A DNA stretch of 64,000 nucleotides from an uncultured Candidatus Saccharibacteria bacterium (GTDB taxonomy: Bacteria; Patescibacteriota; Minisyncoccia; Phycocordibacterales; SBAW01): positions 150,764 through 214,763 of the forward strand of contig CAZMIU010000001.1 of the NCBI GenBank assembly GCA_964566795.1, given 5' to 3'. The notes under the pieces were generated by a model that worked only from the letters and a program-made list of their open reading frames with translations, had not been told where the DNA came from and made no database searches. The position numbers and the translations under genes were made by a program. This document shows, in pieces, positions 10,135 to 19,616 of the stretch (the first letter of the stretch is position 1; every line of letters begins with the position of its first letter).

Positions 10135-10248
10135 TTAGCCCTGGCGCTGCTTGTGGCGGGGGTTTGTGCAGATAACATAAAGGCGCCCGCTCCTCTTAAG
10201 CATTTTACAATTCGCACAGCGAGGTTTTAGGGACGCTTTAACTTTCAT
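10135..10248 (-). CDS. rpmJ: 50S ribosomal protein L36
   Basis: Not in the ORF track. Minus-strand ATG at 10246-10248 gives [37 protein letters not shown], with the zinc-ribbon Cys pattern of bL36. It sits between infA and rpsM as expected. Confidence 0.8.
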   Translation of the reverse strand: MKVKASLKPRCANCKMLKRSGRLYVICTNPRHKQRQG

Positions 10249-10270
10249 CTTTTTGTTTTATAGACCCGGT

Positions 10271-10480
10271 TTAGAGACGGCGCGTAATACGTGCCTTTCC
10301 CCCGTACGGATCGAGCTTGACGAGGACCTTGTCCCCTACAAGCACCTTGATGCGGTGCAACCGCATCTTGCCGGCCAGATAACACAAAACCTTCTCGCCA
10401 CCCTCTATGGTGACCCTAAACAGCGTATTAGGCAGGGCTTCGTCTACGATGCCCTGGATGTCGGGTGCGGTATCCTGCAT
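10271..10480 (-). CDS. infA: Translation initiation factor IF-1
   Basis: S1-like OB fold ...LPNTLFRVTIEGGEKVLCYLAGKMRLHRIKVLVGDKVLVKLDPY... Confidence 0.85.
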   Translation of the reverse strand: MQDTAPDIQGIVDEALPNTLFRVTIEGGEKVLCYLAGKMRLHRIKVLVGDKVLVKLDPYGGKARITRRL

Positions 10481-10529
10481 TCGGCAGTAAAGCCATACTA
10501 CAGTACCCCTTAAATTAAGTCAAAGGGGC

Positions 10530-11777
10530 CTATTCAACCTCGGTTTCTATCTCAATCTTCTCCGGTTCTGCCGGGAAATTGGTCATCCAGAAGGGGCGCA
10601 CCGTGGCGGTGGCCGACTTAATAGCCGGAGCAAACGACTCTATTATGCTCTGGAACTGGCTCTTAGATTTGCCCAGGAGTGCCTCCTTAACTTTGTTAGG
10701 GTCAAACTGCCACACCAGCGTGGTCTGCCCTACTACCCGGATGGTGATCTGGTCTGGAGCATTTTTGGTGGTGCTCGCTAGCGACACCTCCAGACTGCCC
10801 TGATCTTTAAAGTCGACAGCCTCGCCCTCGTAGCCGTCTACAAGCTTCATGGCGAGCGCAGAGGCAAAGTCGCGGATATTAACGGCCGCGCCAAACGCGG
10901 TTGCCGACTGCGAGAGCGTTGCGGTCTTTTTGTCTTGGCTGGCGGCCTGCACTATCTCGCCATACACAATGTCGAGCGTGCCCGGTATGGCCATGGACGT
11001 TTCAGGAATGCTTTGAGCGAGCTGGCGCTGTGTGCCCTGATCAAGCTGGGCTTTAAGCTCTGCCTTGGCTGCCTCGAGGTCTGCCTGTGCTACTGCCGGC
11101 TCATCGCCCACAAAGCCGCCCGTAATGGCGCCATTGGACTTGGCGTTGAACTTCTCAAACCGGGGGTCGCCCTTAAAACCCGGGAGCGTAAATGTGATAG
11201 AGCCCGAGCGGTTGTAGTCGGCACCGGGAGACTCGGCATTAATAGCCGCCGTCACCGAGCCGCCCGCCGGCAGGTCTACAGATGATGCGAGGCGGTAAAT
11301 CTTGCCGTCTGTTGCCTGCAGGCGCGTGCCCGATATAAGGCGCTGCGATGCGGTGTACGTGCTTGTGATAGTAGCGGTACCGCGGGCCTGGCGGGATACG
11401 CGCTGCGTGCCGGTGGCAGGCACCGTGGTAGTGGCAGACTGTGTGGCCGAAAGCTTGGAGTACGCAAGGATGCCAACCGGCGCCGTGGTCTGGGCCACTA
11501 TAGTGGTAGAGGCAACCACCTCCTGCGTGCGTGGGTAGACCACAATACTTGCCCCCGCATTAAGCAGGGACGCCGCAGCCACCCCTCCTGTGCAGACAAT
11601 TATTACAACAAAGGCAAGCAGCAAAAAGCGGCCGATGCGGCGCTTTCGGCGCCTCTTTTGCTGAGGAGGTTCTGGCCTGTAATACTCCGGAATTTCCTGG
11701 CGTTGTATATGGTGGTGGCCGCTGGGTATCGGGATATTGCGGATAGACCTATCCCCGGGAGGAATCATGTCGCGCAT
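10530..11777 (-). CDS. Hypothetical single-pass membrane protein with large Thr/Ala-rich extracytoplasmic domain
   Basis: R/K-rich cytoplasmic N-terminus, one TM helix (FLLLAFVVIIVCTGGVAAA), then a ~330 aa soluble region. No recognisable family. Confidence 0.5.
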   Translation of the reverse strand: MRDMIPPGDRSIRNIPIPSGHHHIQRQEIPEYYRPEPPQQKRRRKRRIGRFLLLAFVVIIVCTGGVAAASLLNAGASIVVYPRTQEVVASTTIVAQTTAPVGILAYSKLSATQSATTTVPATGTQRVSRQARGTATITSTYTASQRLISGTRLQATDGKIYRLASSVDLPAGGSVTAAINAESPGADYNRSGSITFTLPGFKGDPRFEKFNAKSNGAITGGFVGDEPAVAQADLEAAKAELKAQLDQGTQRQLAQSIPETSMAIPGTLDIVYGEIVQAASQDKKTATLSQSATAFGAAVNIRDFASALAMKLVDGYEGEAVDFKDQGSLEVSLASTTKNAPDQITIRVVGQTTLVWQFDPNKVKEALLGKSKSQFQSIIESFAPAIKSATATVRPFWMTNFPAEPEKIEIETEVE

Positions 11778-11792
11778 ATAGAGAGTATATCA

Positions 11793-12713
11793 CTAAGCAG
11801 CGTGGGCGGCGCTAGTATATAGAGCGTTTAAAGCTAGGTGTGTGTCGAGGGTACCCAGGGAGCCTACATAGGGCGCCAGGTGTCCTGCACGTATAACCCT
11901 CACACGCCCGCCCTCGGGGTAGAGGTCAGCCAGCGAGCGGTGGCTGAGCGCCCTGGCAAACCACTCGGCACCGGGCTCGTGTGCCAAGACGACCACGTCG
12001 CCCTTCCCTGCTCCGCCATACAACTCGCGCGCAACCTCCTTAAACTCGCCGGCAAAATGCTCGGCGGCCGCGTGTGTAGCCTCGGTGGGCTCGAGCCTGA
12101 GCGCCGAGCGCGCCTCATGCTCGCTTAGGCCCGCGTGTGCCTTAAGGGTACGCAAGACGGTGTTAAGGCCTGCGGGCGCCGTGGCGTGGCCCGCAACATG
12201 GCCGTTTTCTACCAGTATCAGCTCGCATACCTCGCCGTTTATCGATACCAAAAGCACTTTCCCGGCCTCCGGGTACAGCGAGCGCAGGCCGTGCACCGCG
12301 GCCGAGGCATGCGCATGGAGGCTCATCGGGATATCGCCAAAGAGCGCCCGTACCCGGGCAGTAAGTGCCTGTGTCAGGGGCTCGGCAAAGTCGGGGCGGC
12401 CTAGGGAGAGGTTGGGTACGCCCCAGGGTGCCGAGAGGAACACAACTGCCTTGGAGATATGCGGCAGGCTTGAGCGGTGGCGCATGCGCGCGGCAACCTC
12501 TGAGGCGTGCAAAATGGCATCGCTCGTGGCGTGCTCTACCGCGCGCAACAGATGTGCCGCGGAGCGCGTATCCATAAGCGGCACGGTCGTGCGCCTGCCG
12601 CCAAAAAGTTCCGGCGCCGCGCCATGGGCAAGGCGCACAAGCCCGGAGCCCACCGAGCCGTTCTCGATATCCAAAACAAGCACCGCTTTATGGGGCGACT
12701 TCGTGCCGAACAT
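11793..12713 (-). CDS. ASKHA-superfamily protein, Ppx/GppA-like phosphatase or actin-like ATPase fold (putative)
   Basis: N-terminal VLVLDIENGSVGSGLVRL and a second SINGEVCELILVENG glycine loop resemble the two phosphate-binding motifs of Ppx/GppA or acetate/sugar kinase folds. Confidence 0.4.
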   Translation of the reverse strand: MFGTKSPHKAVLVLDIENGSVGSGLVRLAHGAAPELFGGRRTTVPLMDTRSAAHLLRAVEHATSDAILHASEVAARMRHRSSLPHISKAVVFLSAPWGVPNLSLGRPDFAEPLTQALTARVRALFGDIPMSLHAHASAAVHGLRSLYPEAGKVLLVSINGEVCELILVENGHVAGHATAPAGLNTVLRTLKAHAGLSEHEARSALRLEPTEATHAAAEHFAGEFKEVARELYGGAGKGDVVVLAHEPGAEWFARALSHRSLADLYPEGGRVRVIRAGHLAPYVGSLGTLDTHLALNALYTSAAHAA

Positions 12714-12734
12714 GGCCTAAGTATAAACCCTCTT

Positions 12735-14621
12735 TTACTCCAAGACGGCTTTGATGCGGCGGATGCCCTGGGCCACTGCCTCCTCCTTTTGGATTTTAAA
12801 GACGCCCGATTGTTTAAGCTCGGCGGTGTGCTCTACGTGCGGCCCGCCGCAGAACTCTATTGAGAAGGCGGAGTCGAGCGGCCCCACGGAATATATAGAC
12901 ACGCGCTCGGGGTACTTGGCGCCAAACTCGTGCTCAGCCCCCAGCTTCTCGGCCTCTTCTTTAGCCATCTCCGTGCGCACAACCGGCAGGTCCTCCTGTA
13001 TCTTTTCGTTTACAATCCTCTCTACCTCAGCTTTTTGCTCAGGAGTCATCTTTGCGCCGTAGTTAAAGTCGATGCGCAAACGTTCTGCCGTAATGTTGGA
13101 GCCGCGCTGGTGTACCTCGGGGCCCAGCACCTGCTGGAGCGCTTTAAGCAATAAATGGTGTGCAGTATGGAGACGCACTGTTTTCTCGCTTGTGTCGGCC
13201 AAGCCCCCCTTAAACTTCTGCTCGCTACCCGCGCGGGAGAGGTCCTGGTGCGCCTTGAGCAGTTCTTTAAACCCCTCGATGTCTATCTGCTTGATACCGC
13301 GCTCCCCCGCCTCCTCCATAATGAGCTCAAGCGGGAATCCATAGGTCGTCACAAGCTGGAAGGCGTCTTGCGCAGAGACCTGCCCACCCTGTACAAAGCG
13401 CTCGAGCTCTTTTTGACCGCGTGCAAGCGTTGCCACAAACTTGGCCTCCTCGGCCGCAATCTGTGCTGCAATGTCCTGCGCGCGCTCCACAAGCTCGGGG
13501 TACTGCCCCTTATACTCCTCGATAATGCCGGGGATAACTGAGGCGAGTGTTGCGTTCGGGTTTAGGCGGTGCAAAAAGAGCACTGCGCGGCGCAAAAGGC
13601 GGCGTACAAAGTAGCCCTGGTCTTTGGTGTCGGGTACCACGCCGTCTCCAATTAAAAACACTGCAGCCTTAACGTGGTCGGCAATAATGCGGTAGGCACG
13701 CGTGTTGCCGGCATAGGTGGTGCCGGTCGAGCGCTCTATCTCTTTAATAATAGAGCGGTGCGCCACAGTAAATATGTCTGAGGAATTCTCAGACACCGCT
13801 GCAATGCGCTCCAGCCCGCCGCCAAAGTCGACGTTTTGCTTGGGCAAGAGGGAGAAGGTACCGTCTTGGTTCTTGATGTACTGCATAAACACCGAGTTGC
13901 CGATCTCGAGGAAGCGGCCGCAGTCGCAGTTGGGGTGGCACTGCGGGCCCCACTTGGGGTCGTGCTTTGCTTGCCCGTCTTCATTAAACTCGCCAAAGTC
14001 GTAAAACACTTCCGAGTCGGGGCCGCCCGGCTCGCCCGCGGGCATGTTCTCGGGGACGCCTGCGCGTGACCACCAGTTTTTCTTGGCGTCGTAGTAAAAT
14101 ATGCGGCCGCCCTGCATGCCCTTCTGGTACCCGTCGGCCTCCGAGCCAATTTCGACCACCTTTGCGTCTATCCCCTTTTCCTTAAACAATCGCTGCCAGA
14201 TCTCTGCAGACTCGGTGTCGCGGGGTACATGATTGCTTTCATCTCCGATGAAAGCCGTTACAAAGAGTCTCTCGGGAGCTAAACCTATTTCTTTGGTCAA
14301 AAACTCAAAGAAAAACGGGAGCTGCTCCTGCTTAAAGTAGTCGCCCAGGCTCCAGTTGCCGAGCATCTCAAAGAACGTTGTGTGGCGGTTGTCGCCCACC
14401 TCTTCTATATCACCGGAACGGAATGCTTTTTGGCTGTCTGCAAGCCTGGTGCCGGAAGGGTGCGGCTGGCCCAAGAGATACGGCACCAGGGGCTGCATAC
14501 CCGAGCCGGTAAACAGCGTGGTAGGGTCGTTCTCGGGCACCAGCGGAGCCGAGGGGATTATCGTGTGCCCTCGGGACTTAAAAAACTCCAGGTATTTTGA
14601 GCGGACCTCCGAGAGTGTCAT
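12735..14621 (-). CDS. alaS: Alanyl-tRNA synthetase, short form (catalytic, tRNA-binding and editing domains; no C-Ala domain)
   Basis: AlaRS motifs FTGSGMQPLVPYL, HTTFFEMLGNWSLGDYFK, editing-site HxxxH (TAHHLL) and CxxxH (CGGPHV); 628 aa. Confidence 0.9.
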   Translation of the reverse strand: MTLSEVRSKYLEFFKSRGHTIIPSAPLVPENDPTTLFTGSGMQPLVPYLLGQPHPSGTRLADSQKAFRSGDIEEVGDNRHTTFFEMLGNWSLGDYFKQEQLPFFFEFLTKEIGLAPERLFVTAFIGDESNHVPRDTESAEIWQRLFKEKGIDAKVVEIGSEADGYQKGMQGGRIFYYDAKKNWWSRAGVPENMPAGEPGGPDSEVFYDFGEFNEDGQAKHDPKWGPQCHPNCDCGRFLEIGNSVFMQYIKNQDGTFSLLPKQNVDFGGGLERIAAVSENSSDIFTVAHRSIIKEIERSTGTTYAGNTRAYRIIADHVKAAVFLIGDGVVPDTKDQGYFVRRLLRRAVLFLHRLNPNATLASVIPGIIEEYKGQYPELVERAQDIAAQIAAEEAKFVATLARGQKELERFVQGGQVSAQDAFQLVTTYGFPLELIMEEAGERGIKQIDIEGFKELLKAHQDLSRAGSEQKFKGGLADTSEKTVRLHTAHHLLLKALQQVLGPEVHQRGSNITAERLRIDFNYGAKMTPEQKAEVERIVNEKIQEDLPVVRTEMAKEEAEKLGAEHEFGAKYPERVSIYSVGPLDSAFSIEFCGGPHVEHTAELKQSGVFKIQKEEAVAQGIRRIKAVLE

Positions 14622-14647
14622 GACCTATAAAATACAACACTTTTTGC

Positions 14648-14681
14648 ACAAAAAAAAGTATCGCCGGCCCTTGGGCCGGCG
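14648..14681 (-). terminator. Rho-independent terminator after the DnaA-C gene
   Basis: Perfect 9-bp hairpin cgccggccc-tt-gggccggcg, followed on the minus strand by a T9 run. Confidence 0.6.
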
Positions 14682-14686
14682 GATTC

Positions 14687-15199
14687 TTAGTGCTCGCTGA
14701 GTGCGCAGCGGAGCTTTTTCTCTAGTCTTTCGATACGGGGCGCGAGCTCCGGATCGTCTTGCTTGTACTTATCAAGCAGGCTTATGCCGTGTATAAGGGT
14801 GGTGTGGTCCCTTTGGAGCACGTGGCCAATCTCCATAAAGTTCTTCCCCAGCACTTCGCGCATAAGATGCGCAACGACGGAGCGGATTATCACCGGAACC
14901 CTTTCCCTATTCTTCTTAAGGATGTCCTCTGGCGTAGTATCCCACTCATCAGCCACCATGCGCAGCACTTTTTTGCGCGTAATCACTCCGTGGCGCTCCG
15001 ACGGCATGACAATTTTGGGGTGCAGCTCCAGTTGTCGCTTAACCCACTCTTTTGCGGGGTCTTGGGTTTTGACTGGAGGCTCTTGAGCCTCAGGTTTTGA
15101 TGGAGCGGGCTCGGCGAGAGATGCCCCCTTCCCAAGCCGCATATGGCGCTCAAAGTGATCTTGCCTGGACAGAATCCTTACAGATAATTTTTGCTGCAT
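14687..15199 (-). CDS. Stand-alone DnaA C-terminal (domain IV) DNA-binding protein
   Basis: C-terminal 95 aa carries the DnaA domain IV signature (...VIIRSVVAHLMREVLGKNFMEIGHVLQRDHTTLIHGI...). There is no AAA+ domain. GGGAG SD lies 6 nt before ATG 15197-15199. Confidence 0.6.
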   Translation of the reverse strand: MQQKLSVRILSRQDHFERHMRLGKGASLAEPAPSKPEAQEPPVKTQDPAKEWVKRQLELHPKIVMPSERHGVITRKKVLRMVADEWDTTPEDILKKNRERVPVIIRSVVAHLMREVLGKNFMEIGHVLQRDHTTLIHGISLLDKYKQDDPELAPRIERLEKKLRCALSEH

Positions 15200-15300
15200 T
15201 TTTTACTCCCAAGTTGGCAAGGTTTCTACTTACACCCTATAGCAAAATACCTGGGGTGCGCAATACCCAAAAACGTGTGAATAAGGTATCCTGAAATGCA

Positions 15301-17256
15301 ATGAAAAAATCTGCAAAAGTAAAGACCGCCTACTGGGGCTTTGACACTAAAGCAATGGACAAGCGCGTGCGGCCTCAGGACGATTTCTACACTCACGCCA
15401 ACGGCTCGTGGCTCAAGTCGGCCACAATCCCTCCCGAGGAGTCGCGCTGGGGCTCCTTTATAACGCTTAGAGTCGACACTGAACACCAGCTTAAGAAACT
15501 GGTCGAAACAACCAAGACTCAGCAGATCAAAGACATGTATGCCTCGGCTATGGACCTCAAAACCCGCAACACGCTGGGACTCAAGCCCATTGAAGGCCTG
15601 CGCAAAGAAATCGCCGCAATAAAAACGCATGCACAACTAGAGAATACGCTCGTTAAGCTCAGCCGCCTGGGGCTCGCGGGGTTTTGGGGCGAAATGATAG
15701 AGCAGGACCTCAAGGACACCACCCGCTACGCGCTGTTTTTGTGGCAGGGCGGGCTCAACATGCCCGACCGCGACTACTATCTGCTCGATAAGCCCGAGCA
15801 GGTGCGTGTGCGCCGTGCATATATGGCCCATATCGAGAAAATCGCCAAGCTGGGCGGCGCCGGCACCAAAGAGGCCGGACGCATCAGGGATGTGGTGATG
15901 AGACTGGAGACACGTTTTGCCAAAGCATCAATGAGCAAAGAGGACATGCGCGATCCGCATAAAATTTATAACAAGTACACGCTCGGGCAGCTGCAAAAGC
16001 TCTCGCCCTCCGTATCGTGGCAGAGATACCTCGCGGGCATCGGCGCCAAAAAGCTCCCCTACGTGCTGGTGGGCCAGCCCGCCTTCTTTAAAGAGATTTC
16101 AGTAATGCTCAAAGAGGTGCCGCTTGAGGAGTGGAAGACCTTTCTCGACTACGACCTCCTAAACTCCGCCGCAGGGATGCTCTCCGAGCCGTTTATAAAA
16201 GAAACATTTGCGTTTTACTCGCAGACTTTGGCCGGTGTCAAAAAGATGAAGCCGCTGTGGCGCCGCGCACTGGGTGCCACCGGCGCAACACTGGGCGAGC
16301 TATTGGGCCGCGTGTATGTCGACACCTACTTCCCTCCCGCATCTAAAAAAGCGATGGACGAGCTGGTGTCGGACCTCTTTGAGGTATACGAGGACCGCAT
16401 CAGAGCCTTGCCCTGGATGACGCCTGCCACCAAAAAGAAAGCTGTACAGAAACTGCGCGCCATGACACGCAAAATTGCCTATCCCAAGAAATGGAAGTCG
16501 TACGCTGGGCTGACAATCAAAAAGGGCGACTACGCAGGCAACCTGCTGCGTGCGGCCGAGTTTGAGCACAAGCGCGAGTTAAAGAAGCTCAGCAGGCCCA
16601 TAGACAGACACGAGTGGTTGATGACCCCGCAGACGGTCAACGCCTACTTCAATCCGCCCATGAACGAGATAGTCTTCCCCGCGGCCATACTGCAGTGGCC
16701 GTTTTTTGACGCTAAAGCGGATGCGGCGCTCAACTACGCGGGTATAGGCAGCGTTATCGGCCATGAGATGACCCACGGCTTTGACGACGAGGGCTCCAAG
16801 TTTGACCACAAGGGCAACCTCAGGAACTGGTGGAGCGCCAAAGACCGCAAAGACTTTGAGAAGCGCGCAGATTTGATAGTGCACCAGGCCAACGCGCACG
16901 AGGTGGAGCCCGGTGTACACATGAACGGCAAACTCACCCTGGGCGAGAACATCGCCGACCTGGGAGGCCTTGTCATTGCGTGGGACGCGTACCAGAAATA
17001 TTTGGCAAAACACGGACGCAAAGAGATCGGCGGACTCTCCCCCGAGCAGCGCTTCTTCCTGGCGTACGCGCAGATGGAGCGCGAGCTATCGAGGCCCGAG
17101 ATGAAAAAGCTCGCGGCGCTTACCGACCCGCACGCCGAGGCCTCCTTCCGCATCAACAACCCATTGCGCAACTTTGCCCCCTTCCACGACGCCTTTGGCA
17201 CCCGCAAAGGCGACAAGCTCTACACCGAACCTCAAAAAAGAGCCGAAATCTGGTGA
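15301..17256 (+). CDS. pepO: M13-family zinc metalloendopeptidase (PepO/neprilysin-like)
   Basis: HEMTHGFDD zinc-binding HExxH motif, downstream E ligand, NAYY motif; 651 aa. Confidence 0.9.
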   Translation: MKKSAKVKTAYWGFDTKAMDKRVRPQDDFYTHANGSWLKSATIPPEESRWGSFITLRVDTEHQLKKLVETTKTQQIKDMYASAMDLKTRNTLGLKPIEGLRKEIAAIKTHAQLENTLVKLSRLGLAGFWGEMIEQDLKDTTRYALFLWQGGLNMPDRDYYLLDKPEQVRVRRAYMAHIEKIAKLGGAGTKEAGRIRDVVMRLETRFAKASMSKEDMRDPHKIYNKYTLGQLQKLSPSVSWQRYLAGIGAKKLPYVLVGQPAFFKEISVMLKEVPLEEWKTFLDYDLLNSAAGMLSEPFIKETFAFYSQTLAGVKKMKPLWRRALGATGATLGELLGRVYVDTYFPPASKKAMDELVSDLFEVYEDRIRALPWMTPATKKKAVQKLRAMTRKIAYPKKWKSYAGLTIKKGDYAGNLLRAAEFEHKRELKKLSRPIDRHEWLMTPQTVNAYFNPPMNEIVFPAAILQWPFFDAKADAALNYAGIGSVIGHEMTHGFDDEGSKFDHKGNLRNWWSAKDRKDFEKRADLIVHQANAHEVEPGVHMNGKLTLGENIADLGGLVIAWDAYQKYLAKHGRKEIGGLSPEQRFFLAYAQMERELSRPEMKKLAALTDPHAEASFRINNPLRNFAPFHDAFGTRKGDKLYTEPQKRAEIW

Positions 17257-17281
17257 TGCAGAAGGGCACCTTCTGCAAGTG

Positions 17282-17962
17282 TTAGAGCCAGTCGATGGGG
17301 GTTTTGTCGTGCTCTTGCAGGTACTCGTTGGTTTTTGAGAACGGCCTGGAGCCGAAGAAGCCTGTGTGGGCTGCAAAGGGAGATGGGTGCGGAGATTCTA
17401 TAACACAATGCTTGCTGCGGTCTATGTGTGCGCCTTTTTGCTTGGCATAGTTGCCCCAGAGGATAAACACCAGGTGCTCGCGCTGGTCGTTGAGAGCTTT
17501 GATAACCGCATCTGTAAACTGCTCCCAGCCGCGGTGTTGGTGGCTGCCTGGAGACTGCGCCCGCACCGTAAGCGTGGCGTTGAGCATCAAAACCCCTTGG
17601 GTGGCCCAGCGCCCCAGGTCTCCGGAGTTCCGCAAGGTCGAACCTTGCGGAACAGGGCCAAGGTCATGTTCCAACTCTTTGTATATATTTTGGAGCGACG
17701 GGGGCAGGCGCACACCCTCTGGTACCGCAAATGACAGGCCGTTGGCCTGCCCTGCCCCGTGGTATGGGTCCTGGCCCAGTATCACGACTTTTACATTGTC
17801 AAAAGGTGTTAATTCAAATGCCCTAAAGATAAACTTGGGAGGCGGATACATCACTCCGGCTTTGTACTCCGCCTTAACAAACTGAACCAGTGACTTAAAA
17901 TATGGTTTGCCAAACTCCTCCTCCAGAACTTTCTTCCAGCTTGGCTCCAGCTTTACATCCAT
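17282..17962 (-). CDS. ung: Uracil-DNA glycosylase (family 1)
   Basis: GQDPYHGAGQANGLSF water-activating loop and HPSPF-like C-terminal motif. Confidence 0.9.
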   Translation of the reverse strand: MDVKLEPSWKKVLEEEFGKPYFKSLVQFVKAEYKAGVMYPPPKFIFRAFELTPFDNVKVVILGQDPYHGAGQANGLSFAVPEGVRLPPSLQNIYKELEHDLGPVPQGSTLRNSGDLGRWATQGVLMLNATLTVRAQSPGSHQHRGWEQFTDAVIKALNDQREHLVFILWGNYAKQKGAHIDRSKHCVIESPHPSPFAAHTGFFGSRPFSKTNEYLQEHDKTPIDWL

Positions 17963-17964
17963 AG

Positions 17965-18282
17965 CTACCTCAAAAATCCCTCTTCGCGCAATAACTTGGT
18001 CTTACGCGCCTGCCCGCCGCGGTTGTAGTCGCCTATGCGGCCATCACTGCGCACCACGCGGTGGCACGGGATGCCGGGCCGGTAGTTGTGCGACATAATA
18101 GTGCCCACGGCGCGCGCGGCACCCGGTTTGCCTGCGCGGCGCGCCACCTCGCCATAGGTCATGGTTGTGCCTTTGGGGATATTCGCAACTATCGCGTACA
18201 CCTTGGTAGCAAAAGGCGTCTCAAATACTTTTTCGGCCTTCTGCGGCTTTGTGTTAGAAGAGTGTGCCGGTGCTTTCCTCAT
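17965..18282 (-). CDS. ogt: Methylated-DNA-protein-cysteine methyltransferase, short form with DNA-binding/active-site domain only
   Basis: Active-site PCHRVV motif and surrounding helix-turn-helix. 105 aa, so the N-terminal domain is absent. Confidence 0.75.
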   Translation of the reverse strand: MRKAPAHSSNTKPQKAEKVFETPFATKVYAIVANIPKGTTMTYGEVARRAGKPGAARAVGTIMSHNYRPGIPCHRVVRSDGRIGDYNRGGQARKTKLLREEGFLR

Positions 18283-19102
18283 ACGCTATTTTCTTATTTT
18301 TAACAGGAGCAGATTCAGGGATGTCTACTTTGCGCTGTGATGATTGCTTGCGCTCACGTAGCGCCTTCCCCGCAGCTTCGCGGTAGCGGCAGTAGTCGCA
18401 GTCCGCGCCTGCGGCGGGGATCTCTTGGCTGTCGGCGCACTCTTTAAGGGCCAGCAGGGTCGGCTCCACCCAGGAGGTGTCGCCCTTGTGGGCGATGAGC
18501 GTCATTTCAAACTCGAGTTTGGCGTCAAACGCAGCCGGCTCCTTGCTTGCGTTTGCATACACCCAGTAGCCTGTGTCGGATACCTTAAAGCCGTTCTGGC
18601 GCAGGAGCCACTGATAGGTCTCCATTTGTCGCTTATAGCCGTCGTGCCACTCCTCGTCGAGGCTGTCTATTTTCTTGTCCTTGCTGGTGGATTTGTAGTC
18701 GACGACTATCAACTCCCCTGCCGGGTTTACCCATATATCGTCCACCGCGCCCGCTACCGTAAATCCTGTTGCCGGATGCTTGTACTCCACACCCTTGAAG
18801 TTCTCGCGCCACACATCAAGCTGCGGGTGGCTAAACGGCACCGCGTCTACGCCGTACTCGTCGCACAATGCATGCGCCCTGCCCTCTGCGCGCAAAGCAT
18901 CAAACTCTTTCTTAAGCAAAGCGTCTACCGCCGAGTTGAGGTTAAACGGGAAGCCCGGCGGGCGGGCCACACCCAATACATTGTCTACATAAAAGCAGCG
19001 CGGGCACTCCATAAAGAGCGCGATTTTGCTGCGCGAGAGGCGCCATTTGGGCCCGCCATAGTTCCAGTCGGGTTTGCGGTTTGGTTTATAGAAAAGGCTC
19101 AC
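18254..19102 (-). CDS. PD-(D/E)XK nuclease, Cas4/RecB-nuclease-like with four Cys (putative Fe-S)
   Basis: VVDYKSTSK plus downstream E/K-type PD-(D/E)XK core, with an N-terminal CPRC and a C-terminal CDYC. The start overlaps the ogt-like gene by 29 nt. Confidence 0.55.
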   Translation of the reverse strand: MSLFYKPNRKPDWNYGGPKWRLSRSKIALFMECPRCFYVDNVLGVARPPGFPFNLNSAVDALLKKEFDALRAEGRAHALCDEYGVDAVPFSHPQLDVWRENFKGVEYKHPATGFTVAGAVDDIWVNPAGELIVVDYKSTSKDKKIDSLDEEWHDGYKRQMETYQWLLRQNGFKVSDTGYWVYANASKEPAAFDAKLEFEMTLIAHKGDTSWVEPTLLALKECADSQEIPAAGADCDYCRYREAAGKALRERKQSSQRKVDIPESAPVKNKKIAYEESTGTLF

Positions 19103-19134
19103 CGCACTATTCTATCTTAAAAGGGCCTCCGGGC

Positions 19135-19596
19135 CTATTCTGCCTTGCCATAGCGGCGCCGCAGGCGGTTCTCGAGCTTGGAGAGTATCGTAAAGACAAG
19201 GAGGCCCAGCACTGTAGAGGCCAGCGCCACCGCATAGTAGCCAAACCCTGCCGCCATGCCCACGGCCGCAACAAGCCAGATGCCAGACGCAGTGGTTATC
19301 TCAGCCGCATGCTCGGTGCGCAGGGCAAGGCCGGAACCTATAAAGCCTATACCGATGACTATCGAGGCGGCAATCTGGAGCGGGTTAACGCCAGTAAATG
19401 AGGTCAGCTGGTAGCTGGCCACAAGGCCTGCGACGGTAAAAAGAGCCGATCCTAGCGAGACCAGTGCATACGTGCGCATGCCGGCATGCTTTCCTGCAAG
19501 CGAGCGCTCAAGGCCCATGCACGCACCAAGAATAACGGCAACAACCAGACGGGTAATGATCTCGACCTCTATACTCGACAGTGTAAGTCCTAGCAT
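19135..19596 (-). CDS. mgtC: MgtC/SapB family membrane protein
   Basis: LVVAVILGACMGLERSLAGKHAGMRTYALVSLGSALF is the MgtC family signature. Confidence 0.8.
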   Translation of the reverse strand: MLGLTLSSIEVEIITRLVVAVILGACMGLERSLAGKHAGMRTYALVSLGSALFTVAGLVASYQLTSFTGVNPLQIAASIVIGIGFIGSGLALRTEHAAEITTASGIWLVAAVGMAAGFGYYAVALASTVLGLLVFTILSKLENRLRRRYGKAE

Positions 19597-19616
19597 TGGG
19601 TTATTGTAGCCTATGT

